From: a virus
Taxonomy: Duplodnaviria > Caudoviricetes
Length of the DNA stretch: 55,845 nt
Reading direction: 5' to 3' (one strand)
IMG/VR virus record: IMGVR_UViG_3300034066_001434
Coordinates: 1-55,845 of that record
Below are positions 1-8,631 of this stretch, in pieces. Under the pieces are notes generated by a model. The model searched no databases and was not told the origin of the DNA. It worked only from the letters and a program-made list of their open reading frames with translations. The translations under genes were made by a program, and so were the position numbers. Position 1 is the stretch's first letter. Every line of letters begins with the position of its first letter.

Positions 1-1
1 T

Positions 2-232
2 TGGTTCACTGCTCTGGGAGTTAGCACGATGGCATTCAACCTGAATGGCTTCAACTTCAACCAGTCAATTCAAGATAGTCAGGGTCATGTAATTAATACA
101 TGGGCAGACATTCTGAATCGTGGTGGTCTCGGGATGGAGGTAATGCACGAAAGGAACGCACACAACTTCCCTCTAGATCTTGCTGCTGCTGATAGCACTC
201 CTGTTGCGCTCACTGCACCAGCCATCGGTTGA
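2..232 (+). CDS. psbA: Photosystem II D1 protein, C-terminal part (5' truncated by window edge)
   Basis: Frame from nt 2 reads [22 protein letters not shown]...[18 protein letters not shown], followed by a cyanobacterial-type C-terminal extension ([15 protein letters not shown]). Confidence 0.99.
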   Translation, partial: WFTALGVSTMAFNLNGFNFNQSIQDSQGHVINTWADILNRGGLGMEVMHERNAHNFPLDLAAADSTPVALTAPAIG

Positions 233-252
233 TAAAAACTTTATAAGTTTTC

Positions 253-278
253 AGGGACCCGAAAGGGTCTCTTTTTTT
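253..278 (+). terminator. Rho-independent terminator after psbA
   Basis: AGGGACCC-GAAA-GGGTCTCT stem-loop followed by a T run. Confidence 0.9.
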
Positions 279-287
279 ATCCATGAC

Positions 288-316
288 TTGACAAGCCCTG
301 AAAACCATGCTATGAT
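288..316 (+). promoter_or_regulatory. Sigma70-like (early/middle) promoter for the endonuclease
   Basis: TTGACA (288-293), 17 bp spacer, TATGAT (311-316). Confidence 0.85.
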
Positions 317-344
317 GCTAGAGCAACCAAAGCCTCCGGTGCCT

Positions 345-707
345 ATGGAGATTATTGATGAACTAAAAACTAAATCATGTGTCTATTGCAATGAAACGAA
401 AAAACTGTCTGAGTTTCCTGGACATCGTGGACATAAGGATAGGCATGATACTAGGTGTAGAACATGTATTAGCGAGCAAAGTAAACTTCGGTATCAGTTG
501 AAAAAAACTGCACCACCAAAACCAGAGGTATGTGATCTGTGTGGAAAGACACCCCCACACAACAAAAAGATTGTTCTTGATCACTGTCATGATACTGGAA
601 AATTTCGTGGATGGATTTGCGATCCATGTAATGTTGGATTAGGAAATCTTGGGGATAATCTTAGTGGCCTATATAAGGCAGTAGAGTATTTAAAAACGAG
701 AAGTTAA
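345..707 (+). CDS. Endonuclease VII-family (His-Me finger) free-standing homing endonuclease, F-CphI-like
   Basis: CxxC pairs and CDLCG...LDHCHDTGKFRGWICDPCNVGLG Endo VII motif; lies directly downstream of psbA. Start placed at ATG 345 because the longer ORF from 180 crosses the terminator and promoter. Confidence 0.85.
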   Translation: MEIIDELKTKSCVYCNETKKLSEFPGHRGHKDRHDTRCRTCISEQSKLRYQLKKTAPPKPEVCDLCGKTPPHNKKIVLDHCHDTGKFRGWICDPCNVGLGNLGDNLSGLYKAVEYLKTRS

Positions 708-710
708 ATT

Positions 711-941
711 ATGGAAGAACAAATCATTGATGTTGAATCAACCGAAGTAGTTGAAGAAGAAACTGTATTAACTCCAGAGATCAGTTTTAATGAAGACAAG
801 ATTAAAAGTCCTGCAGAAATTCAACGAGATCTACAACAACTAAAACAATTAAATAAACAACTCAAAAAAATTAAACGTTACATCAAAAGTCCCATTCATA
901 CAATTCGTCAACTAGATGCCAAAGCTTCGATGAATCAGTGA
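711..941 (+). CDS. Hypothetical protein (acidic N-terminus, coiled coil)
   Basis: 76 aa ORF abutting the endonuclease gene. Confidence 0.7.
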   Translation: MEEQIIDVESTEVVEEETVLTPEISFNEDKIKSPAEIQRDLQQLKQLNKQLKKIKRYIKSPIHTIRQLDAKASMNQ

Positions 942-949
942 TATATAAT

Positions 950-972
950 AAGTAACCACAGGTTACTTTTTT
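950..972 (+). terminator. Probable terminator or processing hairpin directly before tRNA-Ser
   Basis: AAGTAACC-ACA-GGTTACTT followed by T run. Confidence 0.6.
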
Positions 973-1059
973 GGAGGGGCAATCCGATTGGCGACGGAAC
1001 CTGTCTTGAAAACAGTTGAGGTGTTAAAGCCCTTGGGGGTTCGACTCCCCCTCCCTCCG
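973..1059 (+). tRNA. tRNA-Ser(UGA)
   Basis: GGAGGGG/TCCCTCC acceptor stem, CT-TGA-AA anticodon loop, long variable arm, GGGGG-TTCGACT-CCCCC T arm, G discriminator; no encoded CCA. Confidence 0.93.
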
Positions 1060-1076
1060 TTGTTCACAAATACATT

Positions 1077-1232
1077 ATGGATGAGCAATTTTACAAAGAA
1101 CTATGTGAACGAATTCAACACAGCATACAAATTTCCGTCAAGCATGGACACAATGAGTATGCACTTGGATTAAAAAAATCAATTATGATTGTCAATGAAT
1201 TAAAACACAAATATCAAGCTGAGACTAAATAG
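1077..1232 (+). CDS. Small hypothetical protein (51 aa; MDEQFYKELCERIQHS...)
   Basis: Translated by hand; fills the gap after the tRNA and is below the ORF-track cutoff. Confidence 0.6.
   Translation: MDEQFYKELCERIQHSIQISVKHGHNEYALGLKKSIMIVNELKHKYQAETK
1224..1231 (+). promoter_or_regulatory. T4-type late promoter-like motif
   Basis: ACTAAATA about 25 nt upstream of the ORF at 1257, which has a GAGG RBS. Confidence 0.45.
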
Positions 1233-1256
1233 TATCACCTTCAGACCGAGGTTGAC

Positions 1257-1451
1257 ATGAAAAAATGTCCTGCATGTGGTGTGGTTATTGAAAATGAATT
1301 AGCTAAATTTTCTTTTGGAAAACCTGGAGATTTAAATTTTCTTGCACAAAGAGTGTGTCAGTATCGTAAAGTTGACTCTCCTTGTATAAATCCATGTTAT
1401 AATGAGGATATTGATTATCCTCCTGGTTATGATGATTTACCTTTACTTTAA
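1257..1451 (+). CDS. Hypothetical Cys-rich protein
   Basis: MKKCPACG... plus further Cys residues; GAGG RBS. Confidence 0.7.
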   Translation: MKKCPACGVVIENELAKFSFGKPGDLNFLAQRVCQYRKVDSPCINPCYNEDIDYPPGYDDLPLL

Positions 1452-1459
1452 TTACTACT

Positions 1460-1645
1460 ATGACTGATGAAAGAGAAGAAATTGAAATTGAATTAGATGA
1501 TAAGACAGCAGCTATTGCAGAAGCTATGGCCAAGGAAAAAGGAATTTCCGTTGAAGAACTTTTAACTGAACTATTATCCGAAGCAATGGATAGTGGTTAC
1601 TTTAATAATCCAGATAATGTGACAACTGACGATCCATTAGACTGA
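1460..1645 (+). CDS. Putative ribbon-helix-helix (CopG-like) DNA-binding protein
   Basis: EIEIELDDKTAAIAEAMAKEKGISVEELLTELLSEAM fits the beta-alpha-alpha RHH pattern. Confidence 0.5.
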   Translation: MTDEREEIEIELDDKTAAIAEAMAKEKGISVEELLTELLSEAMDSGYFNNPDNVTTDDPLD

Positions 1646-1806
1646 TGGAATACTCAATATACTTAACATTATTTTTAGCAGTATTTGCATATGTTTGCAT
1701 TACGGATCCAAATGTTTTTGATTGGATTAATATAAAAATTAATCACTTTATTGTAGATATGCAATTAAAGTATATTAAACTAAAGTGGATGTTCAAAAAA
1801 TTTTGA
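1645..1806 (+). CDS. Small membrane protein (53 aa)
   Basis: TGATG overlap with previous gene; MEYSIYLTLFLAVFAYVCITDPNVFDW... has a hydrophobic N-terminus. Confidence 0.6.
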   Translation: MEYSIYLTLFLAVFAYVCITDPNVFDWINIKINHFIVDMQLKYIKLKWMFKKF

Positions 1807-1811
1807 TTCTC

Positions 1812-1849
1812 AAAGGGGGCTTGACAGCCCCCTTCTTTTTTGCTATACT
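1812..1849 (+). promoter_or_regulatory. Terminator hairpin superimposed on a sigma70-like promoter
   Basis: AAGGGGGC-TTGACA-GCCCCCTT then CTTTTTT; the loop TTGACA (1821-1826) lies 17 bp from TATACT (1844-1849). Confidence 0.85.
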
Positions 1850-1871
1850 ACTGGGGTAATCCAAACGCACC

Positions 1872-2108
1872 ATGCAAATTACAATTTACAGCAAAGACAA
1901 TTGCCCTTATTGTGAGAAAATCAAGCGAGTATTTGATTTGCTTGAATTGAGTTTTGTCGAATATAAATTGAATGAACATTTTACTCGACAAAATTTTATT
2001 GATCAATTTGGAGACGAAGCCACCTTTCCGAGAGTTCTGATTGACAATGACATTATTGGTGGCTGCGTAGACACCATTGCCCATCTCAAGGAGAACAAAA
2101 TTCTATGA
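1872..2108 (+). CDS. Glutaredoxin (NrdC-like)
   Basis: CPYC active site, TFPRV cis-Pro motif, IIGG. Confidence 0.95.
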   Translation: MQITIYSKDNCPYCEKIKRVFDLLELSFVEYKLNEHFTRQNFIDQFGDEATFPRVLIDNDIIGGCVDTIAHLKENKIL

Positions 2109-2806
2109 GTGAAATTGCAGCTTTTATTGACACTGTTATTGATGATTTTGTTATCACTCGTAAAAAATCAAAGGCTAATTTTATGCAGTTTCTTCGATCA
2201 GAAGATATTGACCGAAGGACTATTAATGATTTTGTAGATAACAAACTAGGTTTTGTTCTAGAGCAAATTGAAGAATTAACTTTGGCACTTGATGGTCAAG
2301 ATCCAGTAGTAAAAGAGGGGTATGGAAACTTCCGTCGCCCTGAGATACGAGAGTTCAAAGATCTGCTAAATCAAATTGTAGATGATCTTTATACATACAA
2401 AAATTCTAAAAAAATTGTTCGCAAAAAGAAAAAATTATCTCCAGATAAAATCGTAAAGTATGTTAAACTCTACGACAACGACCTAGAGATGGGGGGAAAT
2501 ACATACAAGTCAATCAAGCCACAAGATATTATTGGTGCCAAGTATGTATTCTTGTATAACATTGAAAAGCGAGAGCTGTGTTATTATGTTGGAAGGTCTT
2601 TGACAGTTCGCCGCACTATGATTGATGGATTCGATCCAGAAAAATCTTGGGTGCGAACTCTACGAAAGCCAGAAGACTTTCTAACTGAAGTCATTTCCTG
2701 CACTAAATTCAATGCCGAAAATATCGGCAGCCACTTGACAACTAAACCAAAGTCTCCTTCTGGCAGAATGACGCCAAAGCACATTATCATTAAAGTTATT
2801 ACATGA
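2105..2806 (+). CDS. Conserved hypothetical T4-like phage protein
   Basis: 233 aa ORF with ATGA overlap; TLRKPE motif; expected position between glutaredoxin and rnh. Confidence 0.8.
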   Translation: MSEIAAFIDTVIDDFVITRKKSKANFMQFLRSEDIDRRTINDFVDNKLGFVLEQIEELTLALDGQDPVVKEGYGNFRRPEIREFKDLLNQIVDDLYTYKNSKKIVRKKKKLSPDKIVKYVKLYDNDLEMGGNTYKSIKPQDIIGAKYVFLYNIEKRELCYYVGRSLTVRRTMIDGFDPEKSWVRTLRKPEDFLTEVISCTKFNAENIGSHLTTKPKSPSGRMTPKHIIIKVIT

Positions 2807-2970
2807 CATCTATTCAAGAAAAGTTACTAAATAAAAATGTAAAGGCAATGATAAGTGGGAGGAAAAAAGACTTGAAAAAGCCTGACTTCCACTTCGATAA
2901 AATAGTTTCCATTTTCAAAAGAAACTACAGAGTGGAAGTCAAAATCTTCATCCAAGATCAACAAGACTAA
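2803..2970 (+). CDS. Small basic hypothetical protein (55 aa)
   Basis: ATGA overlap; MTSIQEKLLNKNVKAMISGRKK... translated by hand. Confidence 0.6.
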   Translation: MTSIQEKLLNKNVKAMISGRKKDLKKPDFHFDKIVSIFKRNYRVEVKIFIQDQQD

Positions 2971-2990
2971 CACTCTAAAGGGAAAGAACC

Positions 2991-3227
2991 ATGACAAATC
3001 TATTAATTTTACTTACTGTATTTGCAGTAGGATTTGTTTTAATAGGACTAAGTTTTTTAATTGGTATGGTGTTTGGATGGTTCGCTAATGAATATTTTAA
3101 TCCTGTTTCAAATCATGCTACTACTGGCCATCCAGAAATGTATGATGAAAATGGGAATTATATTACCGAAGAATTAATTGCTGTACGTTTTGAAGACGAC
3201 GAAGACGACGAAGACGAAGAGGATTAA
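2991..3227 (+). CDS. Small membrane protein with acidic tail
   Basis: N-terminal TM helix, HPEMYDENG motif, poly-D/E C-terminus. Confidence 0.75.
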   Translation: MTNLLILLTVFAVGFVLIGLSFLIGMVFGWFANEYFNPVSNHATTGHPEMYDENGNYITEELIAVRFEDDEDDEDEED

Positions 3228-3230
3228 TTT

Positions 3231-4112
3231 ATGATACTGGTTGATATGAATCAGTGCATGATTAGTAATTTGATGATGCAAACTAAACTAAGTGACGGAT
3301 TGGACGAGAGTATGATCCGTCACATGGTATTAACATCTCTTAAAGCTTACAAAAATAAATTTCATGCAGAGTATGGCAATTTAGTTCTTTGTTACGATAG
3401 TAAGCACTATTGGAGAAAAGAATTTTTTCCATACTACAAACAAAATAGAAAAAAGGATAGGGAAAAGTCATCCTTTGATTGGAATCAAATTTTTGAAATT
3501 TTGAACAAAATCAGAGATGAGATTCGGAATAACTTTCCATACATCGTACTGGAAATCTATGGAGCAGAAGCAGACGATATCATTGCTACTCTCTCCAAAC
3601 ATGTTTCTATTCAGAATATCAAAAAGCAAAAGGATAATTTAAAACCAGAGAAAGTCTTAATCCTATCAGGAGATAAAGATTTCATTCAACTGTCTAAGTA
3701 TCCTTGCGTTACTCAATACAATCCTGTTCAAAAGAAGTACGTTACTGATGGGATTGATCCAAAACTTTATATCCGAGAACACGTAATTAAAGGAGATCGC
3801 TCTGACGGTATTCCAAACTTTTTATCTGACTCAGATACATTTGTTTCTGGAAAAAGACAAAAACCTATTAGTAAAAAGAACATAGCTAAGTGGGTGCAGT
3901 CAGAACCAGAAAGCTATTGTAACGAAGAGCAATTAGCGAACTATCATCGCAATCTCAAACTTATTGATCTTTCTTGCATTCCTGTTACAATAGAAGAAAA
4001 AATTATAGATGAATATAACTTGTTAAATAGTAACAAACCCAAAAAGGTATCAATAAATTATTTTATTGAAAACAAATTAGTTTCACTATTAAATGAAATG
4101 GAGGATTTTTAA
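3231..4112 (+). CDS. rnh: T4-like RNase H (5'-3' exonuclease, FEN family)
   Basis: ILVD, YWRK...YKQNR, EADDII, SGDKDFIQL and KGDRSDGIPN motifs. Confidence 0.95.
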   Translation: MILVDMNQCMISNLMMQTKLSDGLDESMIRHMVLTSLKAYKNKFHAEYGNLVLCYDSKHYWRKEFFPYYKQNRKKDREKSSFDWNQIFEILNKIRDEIRNNFPYIVLEIYGAEADDIIATLSKHVSIQNIKKQKDNLKPEKVLILSGDKDFIQLSKYPCVTQYNPVQKKYVTDGIDPKLYIREHVIKGDRSDGIPNFLSDSDTFVSGKRQKPISKKNIAKWVQSEPESYCNEEQLANYHRNLKLIDLSCIPVTIEEKIIDEYNLLNSNKPKKVSINYFIENKLVSLLNEMEDF

Positions 4113-4115
4113 CTC

Positions 4116-4568
4116 ATGGCTGAATTACCAGTGGAAAGACTTCTGATGTCAGAAGTTCTACAAAAAGTATCTAATGCTAAAACGAAAAAAGAAAAAATTG
4201 AACTATTGAACAAGTATAAGACTCCTGCACTACAATCAATTCTAATCTGGAATTTTGATGACAGTGTAGTGTCTATGCTACCAGAAGGAGATGTTCCTTA
4301 TACTCCAAATGAAGCTCCAGTAGACACAGAACATACTCGACTACTTCATGAGTATAGAATTCTTTATAACTTTGTTAAAGGTGGTAATGACGGTCTCTCT
4401 GGAAATAAAAGAGAAACCATGTTCATTCAACTTCTAGAAAGTCTTCACCAAGACGAAGCAAAACTTCTTTGTATGGTAAAAGACAAACTTGTAGGTAAGA
4501 AGTATAAGATTACCAAAGCTTGTGTAGAAGAAGCTTATCCAGAAATTAAGTGGGGAAATAGGTCGTGA
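4116..4568 (+). CDS. Conserved hypothetical cyanomyovirus protein
   Basis: 150 aa; LPEGDVPY...KRETMFIQLLE motif in the usual position after rnh. Confidence 0.8.
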   Translation: MAELPVERLLMSEVLQKVSNAKTKKEKIELLNKYKTPALQSILIWNFDDSVVSMLPEGDVPYTPNEAPVDTEHTRLLHEYRILYNFVKGGNDGLSGNKRETMFIQLLESLHQDEAKLLCMVKDKLVGKKYKITKACVEEAYPEIKWGNRS

Positions 4569-4569
4569 T

Positions 4570-4827
4570 ATGTGTAAAATTGTACACCAAGACTGCGACA
4601 AAAGTCTAGCTACCGATAAGACCCTACCTCTAAATTCATATTTGGTCACGTATGCACTTGACAATCAGCTCAAATATGATATAGTGGTATGTAACAAGCG
4701 GGCTCAGATCTTCGACATGTACTGGGACAAGTACCGAGAGGGTCTAAAAGATATCCGCTGGACTGATGGCAAAGTCAATCCTAAACTCTGGGGAAACCCG
4801 CCAAAAGAACCTAAAAAGAAAAAGTAA
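4570..4827 (+). CDS. Conserved hypothetical protein
   Basis: 85 aa; IFDMYWDKY...GKVNPKLW. Confidence 0.75.
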   Translation: MCKIVHQDCDKSLATDKTLPLNSYLVTYALDNQLKYDIVVCNKRAQIFDMYWDKYREGLKDIRWTDGKVNPKLWGNPPKEPKKKK

Positions 4828-4829
4828 TT

Positions 4830-5492
4830 ATGAGCAATGTTTATTTGATTTCACTTAGTCAAGGTGCAGGCAAACTAGAAGGTAAGTCTGCTCAAGAAGT
4901 GATTACTTATACTGCTCGTGTAAGTAATCCAGCAAATCAAGAAAATTTTGATACTGCAGCTAAACTTCTTCGTTATTGTATTCGTCAGAATCACTGGTCA
5001 ATCTTTGAGCAAGCTGATATGACTCTTGAGATTAATACTACTAGAGGTATTGCAGCTCAAGTGCTTCGACATAGGAGCTTCACATTTCAGGAATTTTCAC
5101 AAAGGTATGCTGACACCAAACTTCTTTCTGATCGTCCTGTAATTCCTGATCTTCGTAGACAGGATGACAAGAATCGTCAAAACTCTATTGATGATTTTGG
5201 TGATTATGTAAAGCTTAAGATGCAAGGAGAAATCCAAGAATACTTTGAGAAAGGTCAGCAACTTTACGATAGTCTTCTCAGCCAAGGTGTTGCTAAGGAA
5301 TGTGCAAGATTTGTACTTCCACTATCAACTCCAACTAGAATCTATATGAAGGGTTCAGCCAGGTCATGGATCCATTATATTAATCTTCGCTCTGCCCACG
5401 GCACTCAGAAGGAGCACATGGACATTGCCAATGAATGTAAAGAAGTATTTAAAACTGCTTTCCCTGACCTTGCCGAAGCGTTAGACTGGTAA
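4830..5492 (+). CDS. thyX: Flavin-dependent thymidylate synthase
   Basis: HWSIFE, RHRSFTFQEFSQRY, ECARFVLP and RSWIHY motifs. Confidence 0.97.
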   Translation: MSNVYLISLSQGAGKLEGKSAQEVITYTARVSNPANQENFDTAAKLLRYCIRQNHWSIFEQADMTLEINTTRGIAAQVLRHRSFTFQEFSQRYADTKLLSDRPVIPDLRRQDDKNRQNSIDDFGDYVKLKMQGEIQEYFEKGQQLYDSLLSQGVAKECARFVLPLSTPTRIYMKGSARSWIHYINLRSAHGTQKEHMDIANECKEVFKTAFPDLAEALDW

Positions 5493-5510
5493 TCTGATCC
5501 CCCCTATATT

Positions 5511-6059
5511 ATGAACATTTTTTATTTGAATTATAATCCAGTTGTGTGTGCCCAAGAACATTGTGATAAACATGTTGTTAAAATGATTGTTGAGTATGCA
5601 CAACTTCTATCAACTGCTCATCGAGTTCTTGACGGCATTGGTTATGTTGAACTTTCTGAGAAGAATCGTAAAGTCAAAAGGTTTAAACTCGATGAGCCCA
5701 GGGAATCAAATCTCTATAAAGCTTGTCATATTAACCACCCTTCTGCTGTCTGGACTAGGAATTCTCGATCACATTACAAATGGCTCTATGAACTCTTTGA
5801 GCAGTGCTGCATCGAATACACTAGGAGGTATGGCAAGTTTCATGCTACTGAGTCCCTAAAGGGGTATCTAAAACTAGCACCTGGAAATCTTCCAGATCTA
5901 GGTTGGACGGAACCCCCTCCAGCAATGCCCGATAAATACAAGCAAGCTGATTCAATTCAGTCCTATCGTAACTATTACATTGGAGAAAAAATTTCTTTTG
6001 CGAAATGGAAATCTCCAGCTATTATTCCTGAATGGTTTAAAACTCATGCCAACGTATAA
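5511..6059 (+). CDS. Pyrimidine-dimer DNA glycosylase (DenV)-related protein
   Basis: MNIFYL...HCDKHVVKMIVEYAQLLSTAH...HINHPSAVW...PPAMPD...YRNYY pattern of this phage family. Confidence 0.6.
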   Translation: MNIFYLNYNPVVCAQEHCDKHVVKMIVEYAQLLSTAHRVLDGIGYVELSEKNRKVKRFKLDEPRESNLYKACHINHPSAVWTRNSRSHYKWLYELFEQCCIEYTRRYGKFHATESLKGYLKLAPGNLPDLGWTEPPPAMPDKYKQADSIQSYRNYYIGEKISFAKWKSPAIIPEWFKTHANV

Positions 6060-6279
6060 ATTCCTAGACAATAACACAGGTGAAATGTTTGAAAAGTGGA
6101 TGTATATGGCAGAAAGGGAACCTTATCTAAAAGAAAATCCACACATTACTCAGGTTCCTACTGGAATGTCTTCTGTTAGTGAAGTCGGAGACTGGAAAAA
6201 TACTAAAGTTCCTGGCTCATTTAAAGACGTTTTAGGACGCATCAAAAAATCATATCCCAACTCTACATTTGAAGTATGA
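6046..6279 (+). CDS. FmdB-like small regulatory protein (non-Cys variant)
   Basis: MPTYKFLDNNTGEMFE...; usual position upstream of phoH; ATG at 6046 is in frame with track ORF 5980. Confidence 0.7.
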   Translation: MPTYKFLDNNTGEMFEKWMYMAEREPYLKENPHITQVPTGMSSVSEVGDWKNTKVPGSFKDVLGRIKKSYPNSTFEV

Positions 6280-7031
6280 CTAGTTCCCGCAGAAAAAAGA
6301 TTGAACCATCATTTGCAGACATCTCTAACAAGAAAATGAGACGTAAAAAGCCAATTAATTCCGATCATATGAAGGAGATTGCTCCTTTAACTCCAGCCCA
6401 AGAAAAGGTATTTGAAGAATATTTGAATCAAAAAAATCTTTTCCTATATGGAGCTGCAGGAACTGGTAAAACTTTTGTCAGTTTATATCTTGCACTTAAA
6501 GATGTAATGAATGAAAAAACTCCATATGAAAAAGTTTACATGGTTCGTTCTCTAGTTTCTACAAGGGAGATTGGATTCCTTCCAGGGGATCATGAAGACA
6601 AATCAAGTCTTTATCAGATTCCATATAAGAATATGGTAAAGTACATGTTTGAAATGCCAGACGATGCATCATTTGAAATGCTGTATGGCAATCTAAAAAA
6701 TCAAGGAACGATTAGTTTCTGGAGTACTTCATTCATTCGTGGTACTACACTTGATAATGCTATCATCATTGTAGATGAAAGTCAAAACCTAAACTTTCAT
6801 GAGTTAGATTCTATTATCACTAGGGTTGGACAAGACACCAAGATTATTTTCTGTGGCGATGTCCAGCAGACTGATTTAGTTAAAACTAATGAGAAAAATG
6901 GAGTTCTAAATTTTATGAGTATTCTTGATACAATGGATGAATTTTCCATGGTAGAATTTGGAATCGAAGATATTGTTCGTTCTGGCCTAATTAGGAGTTA
7001 TCTAATCAGCAAACTTAATTTGGGATTTTGA
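6276..7031 (+). CDS. phoH: PhoH-family ATPase
   Basis: GAAGTGKT P-loop, IGFLPG, FIRGTTL, IIVDESQN, IVRSGL. Confidence 0.97.
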   Translation: MTSSRRKKIEPSFADISNKKMRRKKPINSDHMKEIAPLTPAQEKVFEEYLNQKNLFLYGAAGTGKTFVSLYLALKDVMNEKTPYEKVYMVRSLVSTREIGFLPGDHEDKSSLYQIPYKNMVKYMFEMPDDASFEMLYGNLKNQGTISFWSTSFIRGTTLDNAIIIVDESQNLNFHELDSIITRVGQDTKIIFCGDVQQTDLVKTNEKNGVLNFMSILDTMDEFSMVEFGIEDIVRSGLIRSYLISKLNLGF

Positions 7032-7033
7032 TA

Positions 7034-7696
7034 GTGTTTGTACATCTAAATAATGCTCCATTGATTGACCTAGAGGCAGTAACAACTGATAACGGAAGAT
7101 TTTATCTTACACCAGAAAAAAATAAATATCCTTCCGTTACAACTGTTATTGGTGCAAAATCAAAGAAATCAATTCTAGAATGGCGGAAGCGTGTAGGTGA
7201 AGCAGAAGCAAATCGTATTTCTTCTAGGGCAGCTTCTAGAGGTACTAATCTTCATTCCATGAATGAAGATTACCTAAATAATGTATTCGATGAAGAGAAG
7301 TATAAAACCAAAGTACTTCCTCTATTCATGTTCAAACACTTGAAGCCTTTCCTAGACAAAATTAATAACATCCATGTTCTAGAAGGTGCGTTATATAGTG
7401 ACAAATTAAAACTTGCTGGAAGAGTTGATTGCATTGCAGAATATGAAAATGAGCTGGCAATCATAGACTTTAAATCTTCCACTGAACCAAAGAAACGAGA
7501 ATGGATTGAGAATTACATTGCACAGGAATGTGCATATGCAATGATGTATTATGAACGTACTGGTATCAAAGTAAAGAAACTTGTTACTTTAATTGCCTGT
7601 GAAGATGGGGAAATTCAAGTCTTCCAGGAGTACGACATCATGAAATACATGAAAGTTCTCATGACTTATATTGACCATTGGAATAATGCCCACTAA
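7034..7696 (+). CDS. PD-(D/E)XK / Cas4-like exonuclease (start GTG 7034 or TTG 7028)
   Basis: YPSVTTV, RGTNLH, AGRVDCI and IIDFKSS motifs. Confidence 0.9.
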   Translation: MFVHLNNAPLIDLEAVTTDNGRFYLTPEKNKYPSVTTVIGAKSKKSILEWRKRVGEAEANRISSRAASRGTNLHSMNEDYLNNVFDEEKYKTKVLPLFMFKHLKPFLDKINNIHVLEGALYSDKLKLAGRVDCIAEYENELAIIDFKSSTEPKKREWIENYIAQECAYAMMYYERTGIKVKKLVTLIACEDGEIQVFQEYDIMKYMKVLMTYIDHWNNAH

Positions 7697-7702
7697 TTTT
7701 AG

Positions 7703-8047
7703 ATGCATATGGATTCTAGTAAACAGCTAAAAAAGACTGGCAAAAGTCCAGTACGAAACGAAAGTTTTTACAAGAACTCTCCATATGCATGTGAATCTTT
7801 TGACCAAATTATTGAGGACAAATTTATGACTACTGCGAAATTTTCTATGGAAGTTGAGAAAATTGTGAAAACAAATCAAGGTGGAATTAATTACATTGAA
7901 GCAATATTAATTTATTGTGAAAAGTATGATATCGAATTGGAGAGTGTTTCCAAATTGATTTCAAAGCCACTAAAAGAAAAACTTAAAGTTGATGCACAAC
8001 GTATGAACTTTATGAAGAAAACTTCTAGAGCACGACTTCCTCTATGA
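7703..8047 (+). CDS. gp33: Late promoter transcription co-activator gp33 (true start may be ATG 7826)
   Basis: NYIEAILIYCE...ISKPLKEKLKVDA...NF; synteny gp33-gp59-gp32. Confidence 0.88.
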   Translation: MHMDSSKQLKKTGKSPVRNESFYKNSPYACESFDQIIEDKFMTTAKFSMEVEKIVKTNQGGINYIEAILIYCEKYDIELESVSKLISKPLKEKLKVDAQRMNFMKKTSRARLPL

Positions 8048-8631
8048 ATGGATTTGAAGTTTACAAACTTTATCTCTCTATAAAATTACATTTTACTTCA
8101 GATAGTTACAACTATTTCACCTTTAACGGAAAAACAAGAACTACTCTTCAATCTTTTGAAAAACGAAGAGACAAATACTTTTTCAAAAAATTGGCAACAA
8201 AATTTAGTCATGAAGAACTAATACAATATTTTGTTGCTCATTTTGTACAGAATGAAGATACTTGGATTGGTGACATATCCAAGGTAACAAACTCGTCTGT
8301 ATATCTAGAATGGGTAAAGAAAATACAGAGCATGTCATTTGTATTTTCTAATGATGTAGATCAGCTATTAAAAGATATAGAATTTGAACAAATCTTTGAG
8401 GTCACTTCTACTCACCCACCTTTGTTGAAGAAATACTTATCCAAGTCTATATCATTAGAGACTCTGGTTATTTTCAATAAATTATTAAACTTTGTCAAAG
8501 ATTTTGATAAGACTATTGCAGATCCTATAGTCTGGCCAGAACTCAAAAGGAAGGTGTTGAAATACGAACCTTTCCTTTTGGTAGACAAACCTAAATATAA
8601 GCAGATACTTTTGTCAAAGGTAATGAACTAA
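8044..8631 (+). CDS. gp59: Helicase loader gp59
   Basis: YKLYLSIKLHFT...FEKRRDKYFFKKL...ISLETL. Confidence 0.92.
   Translation: MNGFEVYKLYLSIKLHFTSDSYNYFTFNGKTRTTLQSFEKRRDKYFFKKLATKFSHEELIQYFVAHFVQNEDTWIGDISKVTNSSVYLEWVKKIQSMSFVFSNDVDQLLKDIEFEQIFEVTSTHPPLLKKYLSKSISLETLVIFNKLLNFVKDFDKTIADPIVWPELKRKVLKYEPFLLVDKPKYKQILLSKVMN

Noticed and set aside
1-232. Group I intron in psbA
   Set aside because: The visible D1 frame is continuous; sequence upstream of the window cannot be assessed
180-344. N-terminal extension of the endonuclease ORF as given in the track
   Set aside because: It overlaps the psbA end, the terminator and the promoter; ATG 345 is more plausible
944-949. TATAAT as a promoter for tRNA-Ser
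   Set aside because: No -35 at the correct spacing and no TGn extension, so it is not supportable
988-1173. 61-aa ORF
   Set aside because: It overlaps tRNA-Ser; the ORF at 1077-1232 in another frame fits the gap better
7028-7696. CRISPR-Cas system suggested by the Cas4-like nuclease
   Set aside because: No repeat-spacer array or other cas genes seen; this exonuclease is a routine T4-like gene next to phoH
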